Source: Heterodontus francisci (taxonomy: Eukaryota). From it: 64,000 nucleotides of DNA. The DNA lies in contig NW_027142279.1 in the NCBI RefSeq assembly GCF_036365525.1, forward strand, positions 992,001 to 1,056,000. Direction: 5' to 3'. The notes under the pieces are model-generated. The model made no database searches, was not told the DNA's origin, and saw nothing but the letters and a program-made list of their open reading frames with translations. This document shows positions 38,701 through 50,650 of this stretch, in pieces. Each line of letters begins with the position of its first letter. Position 1 is the stretch's first letter. The translations under genes and the position numbers were made by a program.

Positions 38701-41700
38701 ACAGCGACTGCGGGTAGTATGAGACAGTGACTGAGGGGTGTGTGATACATTCACTCAGGGAGTGTGATACAGTGACTGAGGGGAGTGTGATACAGTGTCT
38801 GAGGGTAGTATGATGCAGTCACTGAGGGGTGTGTGATACAGTCACTCAGGGAGTGTGATACAGTGACTGAGGGGAGTGTGATACAGTGTCTGAGGGTAGT
38901 ATGATGCAGTCACTGAGGGGAGTGTGATGCAGCGACTGAGGGTAGTGTGATGCAGTGTCTGAGGGGGATGTGATACAGTGACAGAGGGTAGTGTGATACA
39001 GTGACTCAGGGAGTGTGATACAGTGACTGAGGGGAGTGTGATACAGTTACGGAGGGGAGAGTGATGCACTGACTGAGGTGAGTGGGACACAGTGACTGAA
39101 GGGAGTGTGATACAGTGACTGAGGGTAGTATGATACAGTCACTGAGGGGAGTGTGATACAGTGTCTGGGGTTAGTATGATACAGTCACTGAGGGGATGTG
39201 ATGCAGCGACTGAGGGTAGTGTGATACAGAGTCTGAGGGGGATGTGATACAGTGACTGAGCGTAGTGTGATACAGAGTCTGAGGGGGATGTGATACAGTG
39301 ACTGAGGGTAGTGTGATACAATGACAGAGGAAGTGTGATACAGTGACAGAGGGGAGTGTGATGCAGTGTGTGAGGGGAGTGTGATGCAGTGACTGAGGGG
39401 AGCATGATACAGTGACTGAGGGGTGTGTGATACAGTCACTCAGGGAGTGTGATACAGTGACTGAGGGGAGTGTGATACAGTTACGGAGGGGAGTGTGATA
39501 CACTGACTGAGGGGAGTGGGATACAGTGACTGAAGGGAGTGTGATACAGTGACTGAGGGGTGTGGGATGCAGTGACTGAGGGGAGTAGGATACAGTCAGT
39601 GAGGGGAGTGGGATGCAGCGAATGAGGGTAGTGTGATATAGTGAGTGAGGGGAGTGCGATACAGTGTCTGAGGGGAGTGTGATACACTGACTGAGGGGAG
39701 TGGGATATAGTGACTGAAGGGAGTGTGATACAGTGACTGAGGGGACTGCGATACAGTGTCTGAGGGGAGTGTGAGACACTGTCTGAGGGGAGTGTGAGAC
39801 ACTGTCTGAGGGGAGTGGGATACGGTGAACTGAAGGGTGTGTGATACAGTGACTGGGGGAGTGTGATACAGTGACTGAGTAGAGTGTGATACACTGTCTG
39901 AGGGGAGTGGAATGCAGTGACTGAAGGGAATATAATGCAGTGACTGAGGGGATTGTGATACAGTGAGCTGAAGGGAGTGCGATGCAGCGACTGAGGACAG
40001 TGTGATACAGCGACTGACGGGAGTGGGATACAGCGACTGAGGGGAGTGTGATACAGTGACTGAGGGGAATGTGATAAAGTGACTGAGGTGAGTGTAATGC
40101 AGTGACTGAGGGGAGTGTGATAGAGACTGAGGGCAGCATGATGCTCAAACTCAGGAATCCGAGGAACAATCGACTAGAGAATCTACTGAGGTTTCATCCA
40201 CTACCCACCGGGCTCTGGAAGCTAAGGTATCTGCTTTGTGGGGTTATCATCGCAGAATCATGGAATCAAAGACTGGTTACGGCACAGAAAGTTTCTGTTC
40301 AGCCCATCTTCACCGTGCCAGCTCTCTGGCAGTGCAACTCACCTACTCCCACTCCTGCCATTTTCCTGTCGCCCTGCAGATATTTTCTGCCAGGACAATT
40401 ATCCAATTCCCTTTTGAAAGCCTCAATTGAACCTGCCTCCAGCACACTCTCATGCAGTGCATTTCAGATCCTAACCACTCACTGTGTGAAAAGGTTTCCC
40501 TGCCTCTGTTGTGACTTTTACCACTCACCTAAAACCGTTGCTCTCTAGTTCTGGATCCTCCCACCAAGAGGAACAGTTTTTCCCTGACTACTCTGTCTAG
40601 TTCCCTCTTGATTATGAACAACTTGCTCAAATCTCCTCTTCATCGTCTCTTCTCCAGGGAGAACAGCCCCAGCTTCTCCGATCTATTCATGTCACTGACG
40701 TCCCTCATCCCGGGAACCATTCTGGTAAATTTTCTCTGCACCCTCTCGAATACCTTAACATCCCTCCTAAGTATTGACCGCTCTCTCGACCTGTCTTGCC
40801 ACCTTCAATGATTTGTGCACATGTCCCCCCCAGGTCCCTCTGCCCCTGCATCTCCTTTAGAATTGTATCCTTTATTTTATATTGCCTCTCGTTCGTCTGA
40901 CCAAAAATGAATCACTTCACAATTCTCTGTGATAAATTTCATTTGCCAGTGTCTGCCCATCCCACCAGCCTGTCTATAACCTCCTGACGTCTATTGCTAT
41001 CCTCCTCACAGTTCACAATACTTCCAGGTTTTGTGTCATCTGCAGATTTTGAAAGTGTGCCCTGTACGCCCCAGTCGATGTCATTAATTTACATCAGGAA
41101 CAACAGTGGTCTGAGCATTATTAGAGAGCAAAACATAGATGCACAGAGAATTAGGAGGGACAGATAACAAAGGAGTCGATAAGAGTATCGTATGAGACGG
41201 GGACAGTGTAAGAGGAAAGGTGATGAGCTGTAAATTCAGTTTAATGTGTGTGTATGTGAATGCAATGAGAGTGGTAAATAAGGTTGTTTAACTTCAGGCG
41301 CAGATAGCCACGTGGAAATATGATGTTGTGGCAATTACAGGGTCCTGGCTCGAAGAGGGGCAGGACTGGGTAGTGAATATTCCTGACTACAAGGTGTTCA
41401 GGAAAGAGAGGGGAGGAAGGAAAGGAGGAGGGGTATCAGTATTGATTAAGGGGAACATTACAGTGCTGTTTTCTTTTCTCACTCTTGTTCACACTCATTC
41501 CAGATCTCCCTTACTCTTTTCTGTCTCACACCTGTCGCCTTCCCTCCTTTTCTCTCACTCCTGCTCTCTGTTGTTCTCTGACTCCACTTTCCCCCTGTCG
41601 TTTCGCTGATCATTTTGATAATCTCCTGAGTTTTCTCTGTTAGTTTTTGTTTCTTGTTGGAGTAGTAACTGATTCTGCAGCCGATGATATCTTGTGTCCC

Positions 41701-43700
41701 CCCTCAGTAAAGGCTGGTATACATTGATTCAGTGTGTCGAGGGAGTTAGATTACATACGAGAGGAGGTTCTGTGTTGAAACACTTCTGTCCACTCATCCA
41801 GCGTTCTGAATCCCAGTGAAATTCCTCTTGTCTTTATTTGACCCTCACAGACTCGGGGATTCCGTCTACTCCCGAGGAACCTCCCGACTCCCAGCCTGTT
41901 TCTGATGATGGTGGGAACATTTCAGATTCTCCACATTTCAGGAATATTAAATCCCTCCTCCTGTCTCAGTCTGGCACAAATATATCAGGACCGAGGGCCT
42001 CCAAACAGCTGTGTGATCGTTCTGTGTAGGGAAACCCATCGTTCTCACTCTCTCTCTGTCTCTCTCTCTGTCTTGTCTGTGCTGTCAGACAAGAATTGCA
42101 GTCGCTTGTGTTCAGTATGACTGGATACATTGGGAAACACAGAAACGTAAACGTCCAAAAATTCCTTCAGAAATATCTTTGAGCTTCTATCTCACATCCC
42201 TCTCTCTGTAACTCTCAGTTTTATCTCTGTCTCTCTGTTTCTCCTTTATCTGCCTTTCACACGCATATATAAATATATTTCATTTCTGTAACCGCCTCTC
42301 TCCTATGTGGTTCTCAGTTTCTCCAGCTCCCTCTTTCACCTCACTCTGTCTCCCACTCTCTCTGATGTTCTGTCTCCCTGTCTGTCTCTCTGACTCTCAC
42401 TTTCTCTCTCTCTGTCTCTCTCACAGATGCTCTTTGTCTGTCTCTCTGTCTTTGTCTTTGTCAGAGGGACAGAGAGCATCAGAGAGAGAGAGAGAGAGAG
42501 TGAGAGTGATAGACAGAGACAGAGAAAAGGGCAGTGAGACCGGAGTAAACACGGAATGCAAATGATCTGGGGAGATGGAACAAGGAGGCAACAGAGAAGA
42601 GAGTGCAGGATAGAGGATGATAACACAGAGAGGTCAGATTATAGACAAGACGAGTTGAGATAGAGAGAATAACAGAGACAGATGAACAAACGAGTGGATG
42701 ACAAACTGGAGGAAAGAGAGTTTAAATTAGAGAGGAGAGATCATTCGAAATACGTCCCGTGCCCTGTGCTAAACTCTGGGTGTGTTCAACCTGTTGATGT
42801 TGTGACTGTTGTGTTTAGATACTAAATACAAGAGGATTAATGTGAAGATCACTTCAATGACTGATCTGGATGATGAAACTGCAAAGAGAATCGTTGTGGA
42901 GAGGGTGAGAGACTGCACTGGACTGAGGAGAAACACGGGAGACAACAGATCCTCCCTCTCACTGTCTGTATTCACTGAATGGGAACTCCAGGTCATTATT
43001 TAAACAGCTCTAATTCCCCCTCTGCTTATCTTCTGGTCCCCCAGATCAGGCTTGTGAGGGGTTGAATGGGCTTCCTCCTGAGCCTGTGTGAAAGGCTGGA
43101 GAGGGGGTGAGGGGGCTGAATGGCCTTCTCCTGTTCCTGTGTAATAACTCGAACGAGGGGCTGAATGGCCTCCTCCTGTTCCTGTGTAACAGACTCGAGG
43201 GGATGAATGGCCTCCTCGTTGTACGGTAACCTCTCTCTGATCTTCCCTCTCACTCTCCCCATTCTCTCTTTATGTCCTTTCTATCTCTGTCTCTTTCTCT
43301 GCCTCGCTCACCCAATCTGTATTTCTCTTTCTGTGTCTTGCTTTCTGTCTCTGTCTGTCCCTCACTGCATCTCTGACGACCTCTCGCTCTCACACCCTCT
43401 GTTTCTCTACCTCTGTCTCAATCCCTGTAGCTCTCCCACCCTCCCTCACCATCTCTCCCTCTATCTGAGTATCTTTGCCTCTCCCTGTATCTCACTGTCT
43501 TGCCCCCACCCTCTCTCCCGATCTCTGTCTGTATGCTCTCTGTCTATTTCTATTCACTCCTCCCCTTGCAGTAATACTCATCGTTTCTCCTCTCTGCGAT
43601 GCAGATGAAGCACATGTTCCAGGATCAGTGTCCACACACGAAGCTCGAATTGGATCCAGAAGACGTTCAGTGCTCGGCTAGTGAGCCTGTGGAAGTGTGA
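29772..43700 (+). CDS. GP2/uromodulin/OIT3-like D8C-domain secreted protein, paralog B (380 aa; signal peptide, 2 x D8C, S/T/E/P stalk, C-terminal module; no ZP domain)
   Basis: Exons 29772-29805, 31734-31878, 32032-32108, 32203-32367, 35171-35315, 35468-35544, 35639-35800, 36204-36299, 41851-41910, 42819-42904, 43605-43700. All AG/GT-bounded, phases chain, total 1143 nt without internal stop. Signal MWTLLIILGYLITDSTLT; D8C motifs DPC.N.T.LD.PWRS, GWYRF, C.T..TGWL.GSHP, RTVC, NC..YFVYEL, YCT. Confidence 0.85.
29880..31340. mobile_element. L2 LINE fragments: minus ~29880-30720, plus 3' end ~30730-31340
   Basis: Minus LLELSAVFDTIHH; plus LTDLHWLPV-like segment and tail aaggcagtacataaatgcaggttgttgtt. 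Confidence 0.75.
31734..32367 (+). CDS. D8C cassette 1 (three exons) of gene B
   Basis: TDSTLTDPCVNHTVLDQPWRSIDCDVTVGSGQEKCDDNLAQGWYRFK / SSGGWKIPDTVVPDFHCSTRATGWLQ / GSHPSVGQGEVTRTVCFNKAGNRCHWTQEIKIINCSSYFVYELKPPPDCNAVYCT. Confidence 0.92.
32665..34005 (-). mobile_element. CR1-group LINE remnant (endonuclease end to RT start)
   Basis: EPTRGENILDFILTN, GPDNIPEVVLKTCAPEL, NYRPISLL, QFGFR. Confidence 0.88.
34010..35065. repeat. 23-bp G-rich satellite array between the two D8C cassettes
   Basis: (agtgactgaggggagtgggatgt/gc)n. Confidence 0.95.
35171..35800 (+). CDS. D8C cassette 2 (three exons) of gene B
   Basis: TDSALTDPCVNHTVLDQPWRSSDCDVTGCSGQEKCDDNLAQGWYRFK / SSGGWKIPETAVPDFHCSTHVTGWLN / GSHPSVGQGEVTRTVCLSWGRKHCDKVHEIKIKNCSSYFVYELKSLFYCAAYCT. 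Confidence 0.92.
36385..40145. repeat. 23-bp G-rich satellite array, two subtypes (gtgggatg to ~38700, then gtgtgatac)
   Basis: Direct reading; right end matches the right end of array 528-6350. Confidence 0.97.
40146..40226 (+). pseudogene. Dead truncated stalk pseudo-exon, paralog of 6351-6432
   Basis: Same satellite junction and TAA; additional 1-bp deletion. Confidence 0.8.
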
Positions 43701-45414
43701 AGGTGTTTGGACATGTCAACAAGCACCCGACACGTGTGATCCAGTCTCTGTGTGTTTTACATCCTCACTCAATCACTGTACCATCTTATCTTCACCTTGT
43801 TTAACTCAAGGAAATTGTCAGCAAAGGGTTAATCTCCGACTAGAAGTATGCTAATGTTATACTGTAATTGGTGTTTCTTTATACCGCAGGGGTGTGGGAG
43901 CTTTAAGCTATTGCTTTGTTAAATAGAGAAGTACGATCCCATTTGTATACAGTGACCACTGGTCAGCTGAACCCAGACTAACCTGACAGCTCTGGCCACT
44001 TTCAGGATGAAGTGATCTCAGGTTTAATGAGGGAGTTTCTTTAAAGATCTACCATTGAGTAGAGGTCCCTAAGCTTCATGGAGCTGTCAGCACTGAGAAT
44101 AGGGGCAAGGAAAACAGTTCGTCCTTGTCCAAGGAGAACCTCAGGGTAGATAACATCTTTTAAATTGAGGGTTCATGCAGAATGGGGGATCGGTTGATGC
44201 TGAACTTTGCAGAATCAAAATATATTGAAAAGGAAAGCTTTCATTGAGTACAAAGCATTTATGTGTGGCATATGTCAAATGTTTAATAACAAAGGAAGGG
44301 AGTTGTACTGAGCTCAGGAACCTAATGCTGACAACACTCCATCTCAATAACACCTCTGTGAATGCTTCCATTGTCTCTGCTCTGCCACACTGCTTGTCTA
44401 ACATCCAATACTGGATGAGCAGATATTTTCTCCTACTAAATATTGGGAAGACTGAAGCCATTGTCTGTGGTCCCCGACACAAATGTCATTCTTGGACCAC
44501 TGACACCATCTCTGGTACCTGTCTGAAACTGATCAAGACAGTTTTCAGCCTTTGTTGTTGTGTTTGACCCCGAGATGAGTTTTCGACCACATATCCACAC
44601 CATCACCAAGACAGTCCATTTTGCACCTCCATACCATCTCTCGACTCCGCCCCTGCTTCAGCTCATCTGCTGCTGAAACCCTAATCCGTGCCTCTGTTAC
44701 CTCCAGACTGGACCATTCCGATACTCTCCTGGCCAACCGCACATCCTTCACACTTCCTGATCAGATCCTCATACAAACATTTGCTGCCTGTGTCTTAACT
44801 CACTCCGAACCCTGTTCACCCATAACCCCTGGAACTATTGCCATTCACTGACTCCCTGCTCCTCTCCAATTTCCCAATATTAACATCCTGACCAGTCTGT
44901 TGAACTGTTGTGAAATGATTCATTGGTCACAGCTCTCTAGTGTAACAATGTAAAACGTCTGCAATAAGTGAACATGGCTGTGTATCTTCCATTGATGGAC
45001 ATTCAAACAAGGAGAGCTGCAGCATGGAAAGGCTTTTTAACGTGTTTGACTTCCTGACCACCCAGTGTGATTGCAAATCTGATTGTAAACTGTGTGTTTA
45101 AAGTTTTATTGCATTCTCTGTCTGCTAAATATATCTATGAATATTGAACCTGACCGTCTCAAGAAGCTGATTGATTTTGCTGGAATGGCTTTACCATCTG
45201 ATCATGGAAATCCAGTTTTTTTTTTGTTCTGGGAGGGAATACTCACTGTTAAATGATTGCTGAGTGCTGAGATCAGAAGGGATGTGACTGTACGTGGTGG
45301 GACTGCCCAGCATTCCCCAAACCTTGTGCTACTCCATTCTATTCTGGTCTGTGCTTCCACCCTGGATAATCCAGCTCATTCAAGGCCTGTCAGATCAAAA
45401 TGAGAAATCCTGAC

Positions 45415-46990
45415 CTTTCAAAAGGCATTTGATACAGTTCCACACATCAGACTTGTGAGCAAACATGTAGCTCTTGGAATGCATAGGACGGTAGCAACAT
45501 GGATTACGAAATTGGCTGAGTGACAGGAAACAGAGAATAGTGGATAATGGATGTTTTTCGGGCTGGAGAAAGGTTTGTAGTGGACTTCCCCAGGGATCAG
45601 TGTTGGGACCCTTGCTTTTCCTGATATATATTAATGTCCTAGACCTCGGTGTACAGGGCACAATTTCAAAATATGCAGATGAGACGAAACTTGGAAGCAT
45701 TGTGAACTGTGAGGAGGATAGTGTAGAACTTCAAAAGGACATAGACAAGTTGGTGGAATGGGCGGACAAGTGACAGATGAGGTTCAATGTGGAGAAATTT
45801 GAAGTGATTAATTTTGGTAGGAAGAACATGGAGAGACAATATAGAATCGAGGTTACAATTCTAAAGGGGGTGAAGGAGCAGAGAGACCTGTGTGTATCAG
45901 TGCATAAGTCATTGAAGATGGCAGGACAGGTTGAGAGAGTGGTTGATAAAGCATACAGTATCCTGGGCTATATTAATAGGGGCATAGATTACAAGAGCAA
46001 GGAAGTTATGTTGAACCCGTATAAGACACTAGTTTGTCCTCAGCTGGAGTATTGCCTCCAATTCTAGGTGTTGCACTTGAGAAAAGATGTGAGGGCATTT
46101 GAGAGAGTACAGACGAGATTCACAAGAATGGTTCCAGGTATGAGGAATTTCAGTTATGAAGATAGATTGGAGAAGTTTGGACTGTTTTCCTTGGAGAAGA
46201 GAAGGCTGGGAGGTGATTTGAGAGAGCTATTCAAAATCATGAGGGGCCTGGACAGAGTAGACACTGTTCCCACTCGTGAAATTATCGAGAACGAGAGGGC
46301 ACAGATTTAAAGTATTTGGTAAGAGAAGCAAAAGTGACATGGGGAAACAAGTTTTCATGCAGCGAGTGGTTAAGGTCTGGAATGCGCTGCCTGGGAACAT
46401 GGTGGAGGCAGATTCAACTGAAACATTTAAAATAAAATTAGACAGTTACATGAAATGGAAGAATTTGCAGGGTTACAGGAAGAGGCCGGGGGAGTGGAAC
46501 TGAGGGAGTTGCACTTTCAGAGAGCCGGTGCAGACACGATGGGCCGAATGGCCTCCTTCTGCGTGGTCACAATTCTGTGATTCTTTGATTATTATGAGGA
46601 ATGTTTGAAGAGGTTGGGCAGATACTCATTGGAGTTTAGAAAAATGAGCCACGTAAGATTCTGAGGGGGCTTGACTGGGTAGATGCTGAGTGGATGTTCC
46701 TTCTCGTTTGGGAATCTAGAACGAGGCGTAACAATTTCAGAATAAGGGGGTCTCCCATTTAAGACGGAGATGCGGAGGATATTTTTCTCTCAGAGGATTT
46801 GTGAGTCTGTGGAACTCCGTTCTCTGGAGAGCAACGGAGGCTGGGTCATTGAATATATTCAAGCCTGAGTTTGACAGATTTTGATTCTACAAGGGTGTCA
46901 TGGTTATAGAGGGCAGAAAGGAAAGTGGAGTTAAAGCTGCAATCAGATCAGTCATGAACTTATAGAATGGCTGAGCAGGCTCGAGGGGCC
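45415..46990 (+). mobile_element. CR1 LINE remnant (uninterrupted paralog) followed by a second CR1 3' end
   Basis: ORFs 45540-46503 GLPQGSVLGP, SKYADETK, LEYCLQF, QRVVKVWNALP. Confidence 0.9.
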
Positions 46991-47699
46991 GAAAGGCCTA
47001 CTCCTTGCTCCCATTTCTTATAACCTTACTGACTGCCCAATTCAATATCAGGGTCGTTAAAGTCTCAAATCATCACATAATTTTTTTCACCCCTCAGTTA
47101 TTTCTTTACAGCTCTGCTCCTCCATGTCCTTCCTGCTCTATGGCAGCTGATAAAATACCTGCAAAGTAAAAATGTTTTTCAGAAGATGCTCACAGTCGGA
47201 GAACAGTGGACTGTTCATATCAGAGGCACAGACAAGATCTCCCACAGGCCACAGGTACACATTCAGCAACATATGCAAACAACAATGAGCAAAGCCAGAG
47301 AGCTGGGAGAAGGCTTTTGTAGGCAGGACACGCGACATTGTGAGGCCCCTGAGCAGATATCAATGTCCCTGCTGCTGTGCCCCTGACATTGGGACTGCAA
47401 TGAATTTGCATTTACAGTCAAGCATTGCCCAGATTACATTGCAGAAAGATGAATGAATTCTGCCCACTTGAGGGAGTTATTGAGAGAACCCTCGCCCACG
47501 ACTGACACATTGCACCAATGGGAAAATACTGCAGATGCTGGAACTCTGAAACACAAACAGAATATTGAGTAGGTCTGGCAGCATTTGTGGAGAGAGAAAC
47601 AGAGTTAACGTTTCAGCTTGGTCAGCCTTCTTCAGAACGGCAATGGTGAGAGATGGTACAGATGTTAATAAAGTACAGAGGCAGGGAAAGGGACAAAAC

Positions 47700-49470
47700 A
47701 GCAATTTATAATACTCTCGCACCTTTAACGTAATAAAACCTGCCAAGGCTCTTCACAGGAGCATTATAAACACAGTATGAAACTGAGTGACATAAGGAAA
47801 GATTCGGTCAGACAATCAAAATCTCAGTCAAAGAGGTAAGTTTTAAGGAGAATTTTAAATTGAAAAGTGAGGTGGAGAGGCGGAGAGGTGTAGTGAAGCA
47901 ATTCCAGAGCTTAGGCCGCAGGCAACTGAAGGTGTGACCATCAATGGTTGAACAATTAAGGTCGGGGATGCTTAAAGGGCCAGAATTAGAGGAGTGCAGA
48001 GATTCCGGAAGGTTGTAGAGGCTGGAGGACGTTACAGCGATAGGGAGGGCTGTAGGTGCTGGTGAAGGTTACAGAGAGAGGGATGGCTGTCGGAGCTGGT
48101 GGATGTTACAGAGATAGGGAGGGTTGTAGGAGCTGGTGGAGGTTAAAGAGATAGGGAGTGCTGTTGGAGCTGGTGGAGGTTACAGAGATAGGGAGTGCTG
48201 TAGGAGCTGTTGGATATTACAGAGATAGGGAGGGTTGTAGAGACTGGTGGAGATTACAGAGATAGGGAGGGTTGTTGGAGATGGTGGAGGTTACAGAGAT
48301 AGGGAGGGTTGTGGAGACTGGTGGAGGTTACAGAGATAGGGAGGGTTGTAGGAGCTGGAGGAGGTTAACGCGATAGGGAGTGTTGTAGAGACTGGTGGAG
48401 GTTACAGAGATAGGGAGAGCTGTACGAGCTGGTGGATGTTACAGAGATAGGGTGGGTTGTTGGAGCTGGAGGAGGTTAACGCGATAGGGAGGGTTGTAGA
48501 GACTGGTGGAGGTTACAGAGATAGGGAGAGCTGTACGAGCTGGTGGAGGTTACAGAGATAGGGAGGGTTGTAGAGACTGGTGGAGGTTACAGAGATAGGG
48601 AGAGTTGTAGAGACTGGTGGTGATTACAGAGATAAGGAGGATTGTTGGAGCTGGTGGAGGTTACAGAGATAGGGAGGGCTGTAGGAGCTGGAGGAGGTTA
48701 ACGCGATTGGAAGGGTTGTAGAGACTGGTGGAGGCTACAGAGATAGGGAGGATTGTTGGAGCTGGTGGAGGTTACAGAGATTGGGAGGGCTGTAGGAGCT
48801 GGAGGAGGTTAACGCGATAGGGAGGGTTGTAGAGACTGGTGCAGGTTACAGAGATAGGGAGGGCTGTAGGAGCTGGTGGATGTTACAGAGATAGGGAGGG
48901 CTGTAGGAGCTGAGGAGGTTAACGCAATAGGGAGGGTTGTAGAGACTGGTGCAGGTTACAGAGATAGGGAGGGCTGTAGAAGGTCAACGCGATAGGGAGG
49001 GGAAGGGCCATGGGGGATTTGAGGACAAGGACGAGAAACTTAAAATGTGGATGTTGCTTGACTGGGAGACAATGTAGGGCAGTGAGAGCAGGAGTGACAG
49101 GGGATCAGGACTTGGAGCAACTTAAGACACAGGCAGAAGAGTTTTAGATGACCTCAGGTTTACAGAAATTGGGTGAGCATCAGGACTGCCTTGACATTGT
49201 CAAGTCCAGAGCTGACAATGTCTTGAATGAGGGTTTCAGCCACATTTCAGCTGAAATTGGGGCGCGTTCGGGTGATCTTACAGAGGTGGAAATGTGCAGC
49301 GTTAGTGATGGTGCCTACATGAGGTCAGAAGCGCATCTCGGCGTCAAATGTGACACCAGGATTTCGAACAGACTGGCTTAAACTCAGATCGCTGCCGGGG
49401 AGAGAGGTAGAGTCAGTAGTTAAGGAATGGAGTTTGGAGCGGAAACTGAAAACAGTAGCTTCAGTTATGA
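47700..49470 (-). mobile_element. L2 LINE 3' region containing an internal 37-bp satellite expansion
   Basis: L2 sequence flanks the array on both sides (..ccagaattagaggagtgcagagat.. and ..gggccatgggggatttgaggacaagg..); minus VRNPGVTFDAEMRF. Confidence 0.8.
48010..49000. repeat. 37-bp satellite array
   Basis: (ggaggttacagagatagggagggttgtaggagctggt)n. Confidence 0.95.
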
Positions 49471-49473
49471 GGG

Positions 49474-50472
49474 CAGTACTGAGGGAGTGCTGCACTGTCG
49501 TAGGGTCAGTACTGAGAGAGTGCTGTACTGTCAGAGGGTCAATACTGAGGGAGTGCTGCACTGTCAGAGGGTCTGTACTGAGGGAGTGCTGCACTGTTGG
49601 AAGGTCAGTACTGAGGGAGCGCTTCACTCACAGAGGGTCAGTACTGAGGGAGTGCTGCACTGTTAGAGGGTCAGGACTGAGGGTGTGCGGCACTGTCGGA
49701 GGGTCAGTACTGAGTGAGTGCTGCACTGTGACAGGGCCAGTACTGAGTGAGTGCTGCACTGTCAGAGGGGAAAACTGAGGGAGTGCTGCACTGTCGGAGG
49801 GTCAGTACGGAGGGAGTGCTGCACTGTCCGAGGGTCAGTACTGAGTGAGTGCTGCACTGTCAGAGGGGCTAACTGAGGGAGTGCAGCACTCTGCGAGGGT
49901 CAGAACTGAGGGAGTGCTGCACTGTCAGAGGGACAAACTGAGGGAGTGCTGCACTGTTAGAGGGTCAGTACTGAGTGAGTGCTGTACTGTCAGAGGGTCA
50001 GTACTGAGGGAGTGCTGCACTGTCAGTGGATCAGTACTGAGGGAGTGCTGCACTGTGAGAGGAGCAGTACTGAGTGAGTGCTGCACTGTCAAGGGTCAGT
50101 ACTGAGTGAGTGCTGTACTGTCAGAGGGTCAGTACTGAGGGAGTGCTGCACTGTCAGAGGGTCAGTACTGAGGGAGTGCTGCACAGTTATTGGGGCAGTA
50201 CTGAGTGAGTGCTGCACTGTCAGAGGGTCAGTACTGAGGGAGTGCTGCCCTGTCAGAGGAGCAGTACTGAGTTAGTGCTGCACTGTCAGAGGGTCAGTAC
50301 TGAGTGAGTGCTGTACTGTCAGAGGGTCAGTACTGAGGGAGTGCTGCACTGTGAGAGGAGCAGTACTGAGTGAGTGCTGCACTGTCAAGGGTCAGTACTG
50401 AGGGAGTGCTGCCCTGTCAGAGGAGCAGTACTGAGTGAGTGCTGCACTGTCAGAGGGTCAGTACTGAGGGAG
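49474..50472. repeat. 33-bp satellite (cagtactgagggagtgctgcactgtcagagggt)n, Deu-SINE-derived
   Basis: Tandem monomer; same motif inside the SINE at ~54850-55136. Confidence 0.93.
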
Positions 50473-50650
50473 TCCATAAAGCCCCTCCGTCGACCCTGTT
50501 ATGCAGGAACAGCAGGAGGCCCTTTCAGTCCCTCTGTCGGGACTGTTACGCAGGCACAGCAGGAGGCCCATTCAGCCCCTCTGTCGAGCCTGTTACACAG
50601 GAACAGGTGGAGGCCCATTCATCCCCTCTGTCGAGCCTGTGCATGGTACC

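Larger units (their letters stand above)
39780..46990 (+). repeat. Segmental duplication, paralogous to ~5930-17050
   Basis: Colinear pseudo-exon, CR1 pieces, three terminal exons, 3' flank, L2 and CR1. Offsets 33795 (6351/40146) and ~32560-32580 after the private CR1 insertion. Confidence 0.95.

Noticed and set aside
49350-50472. Cys-rich ORFs (VLRECCTVRGS)n and scattered CACTGTG heptamers
   Set aside because: 33-bp satellite translation; no nonamer at 12 or 23 bp.
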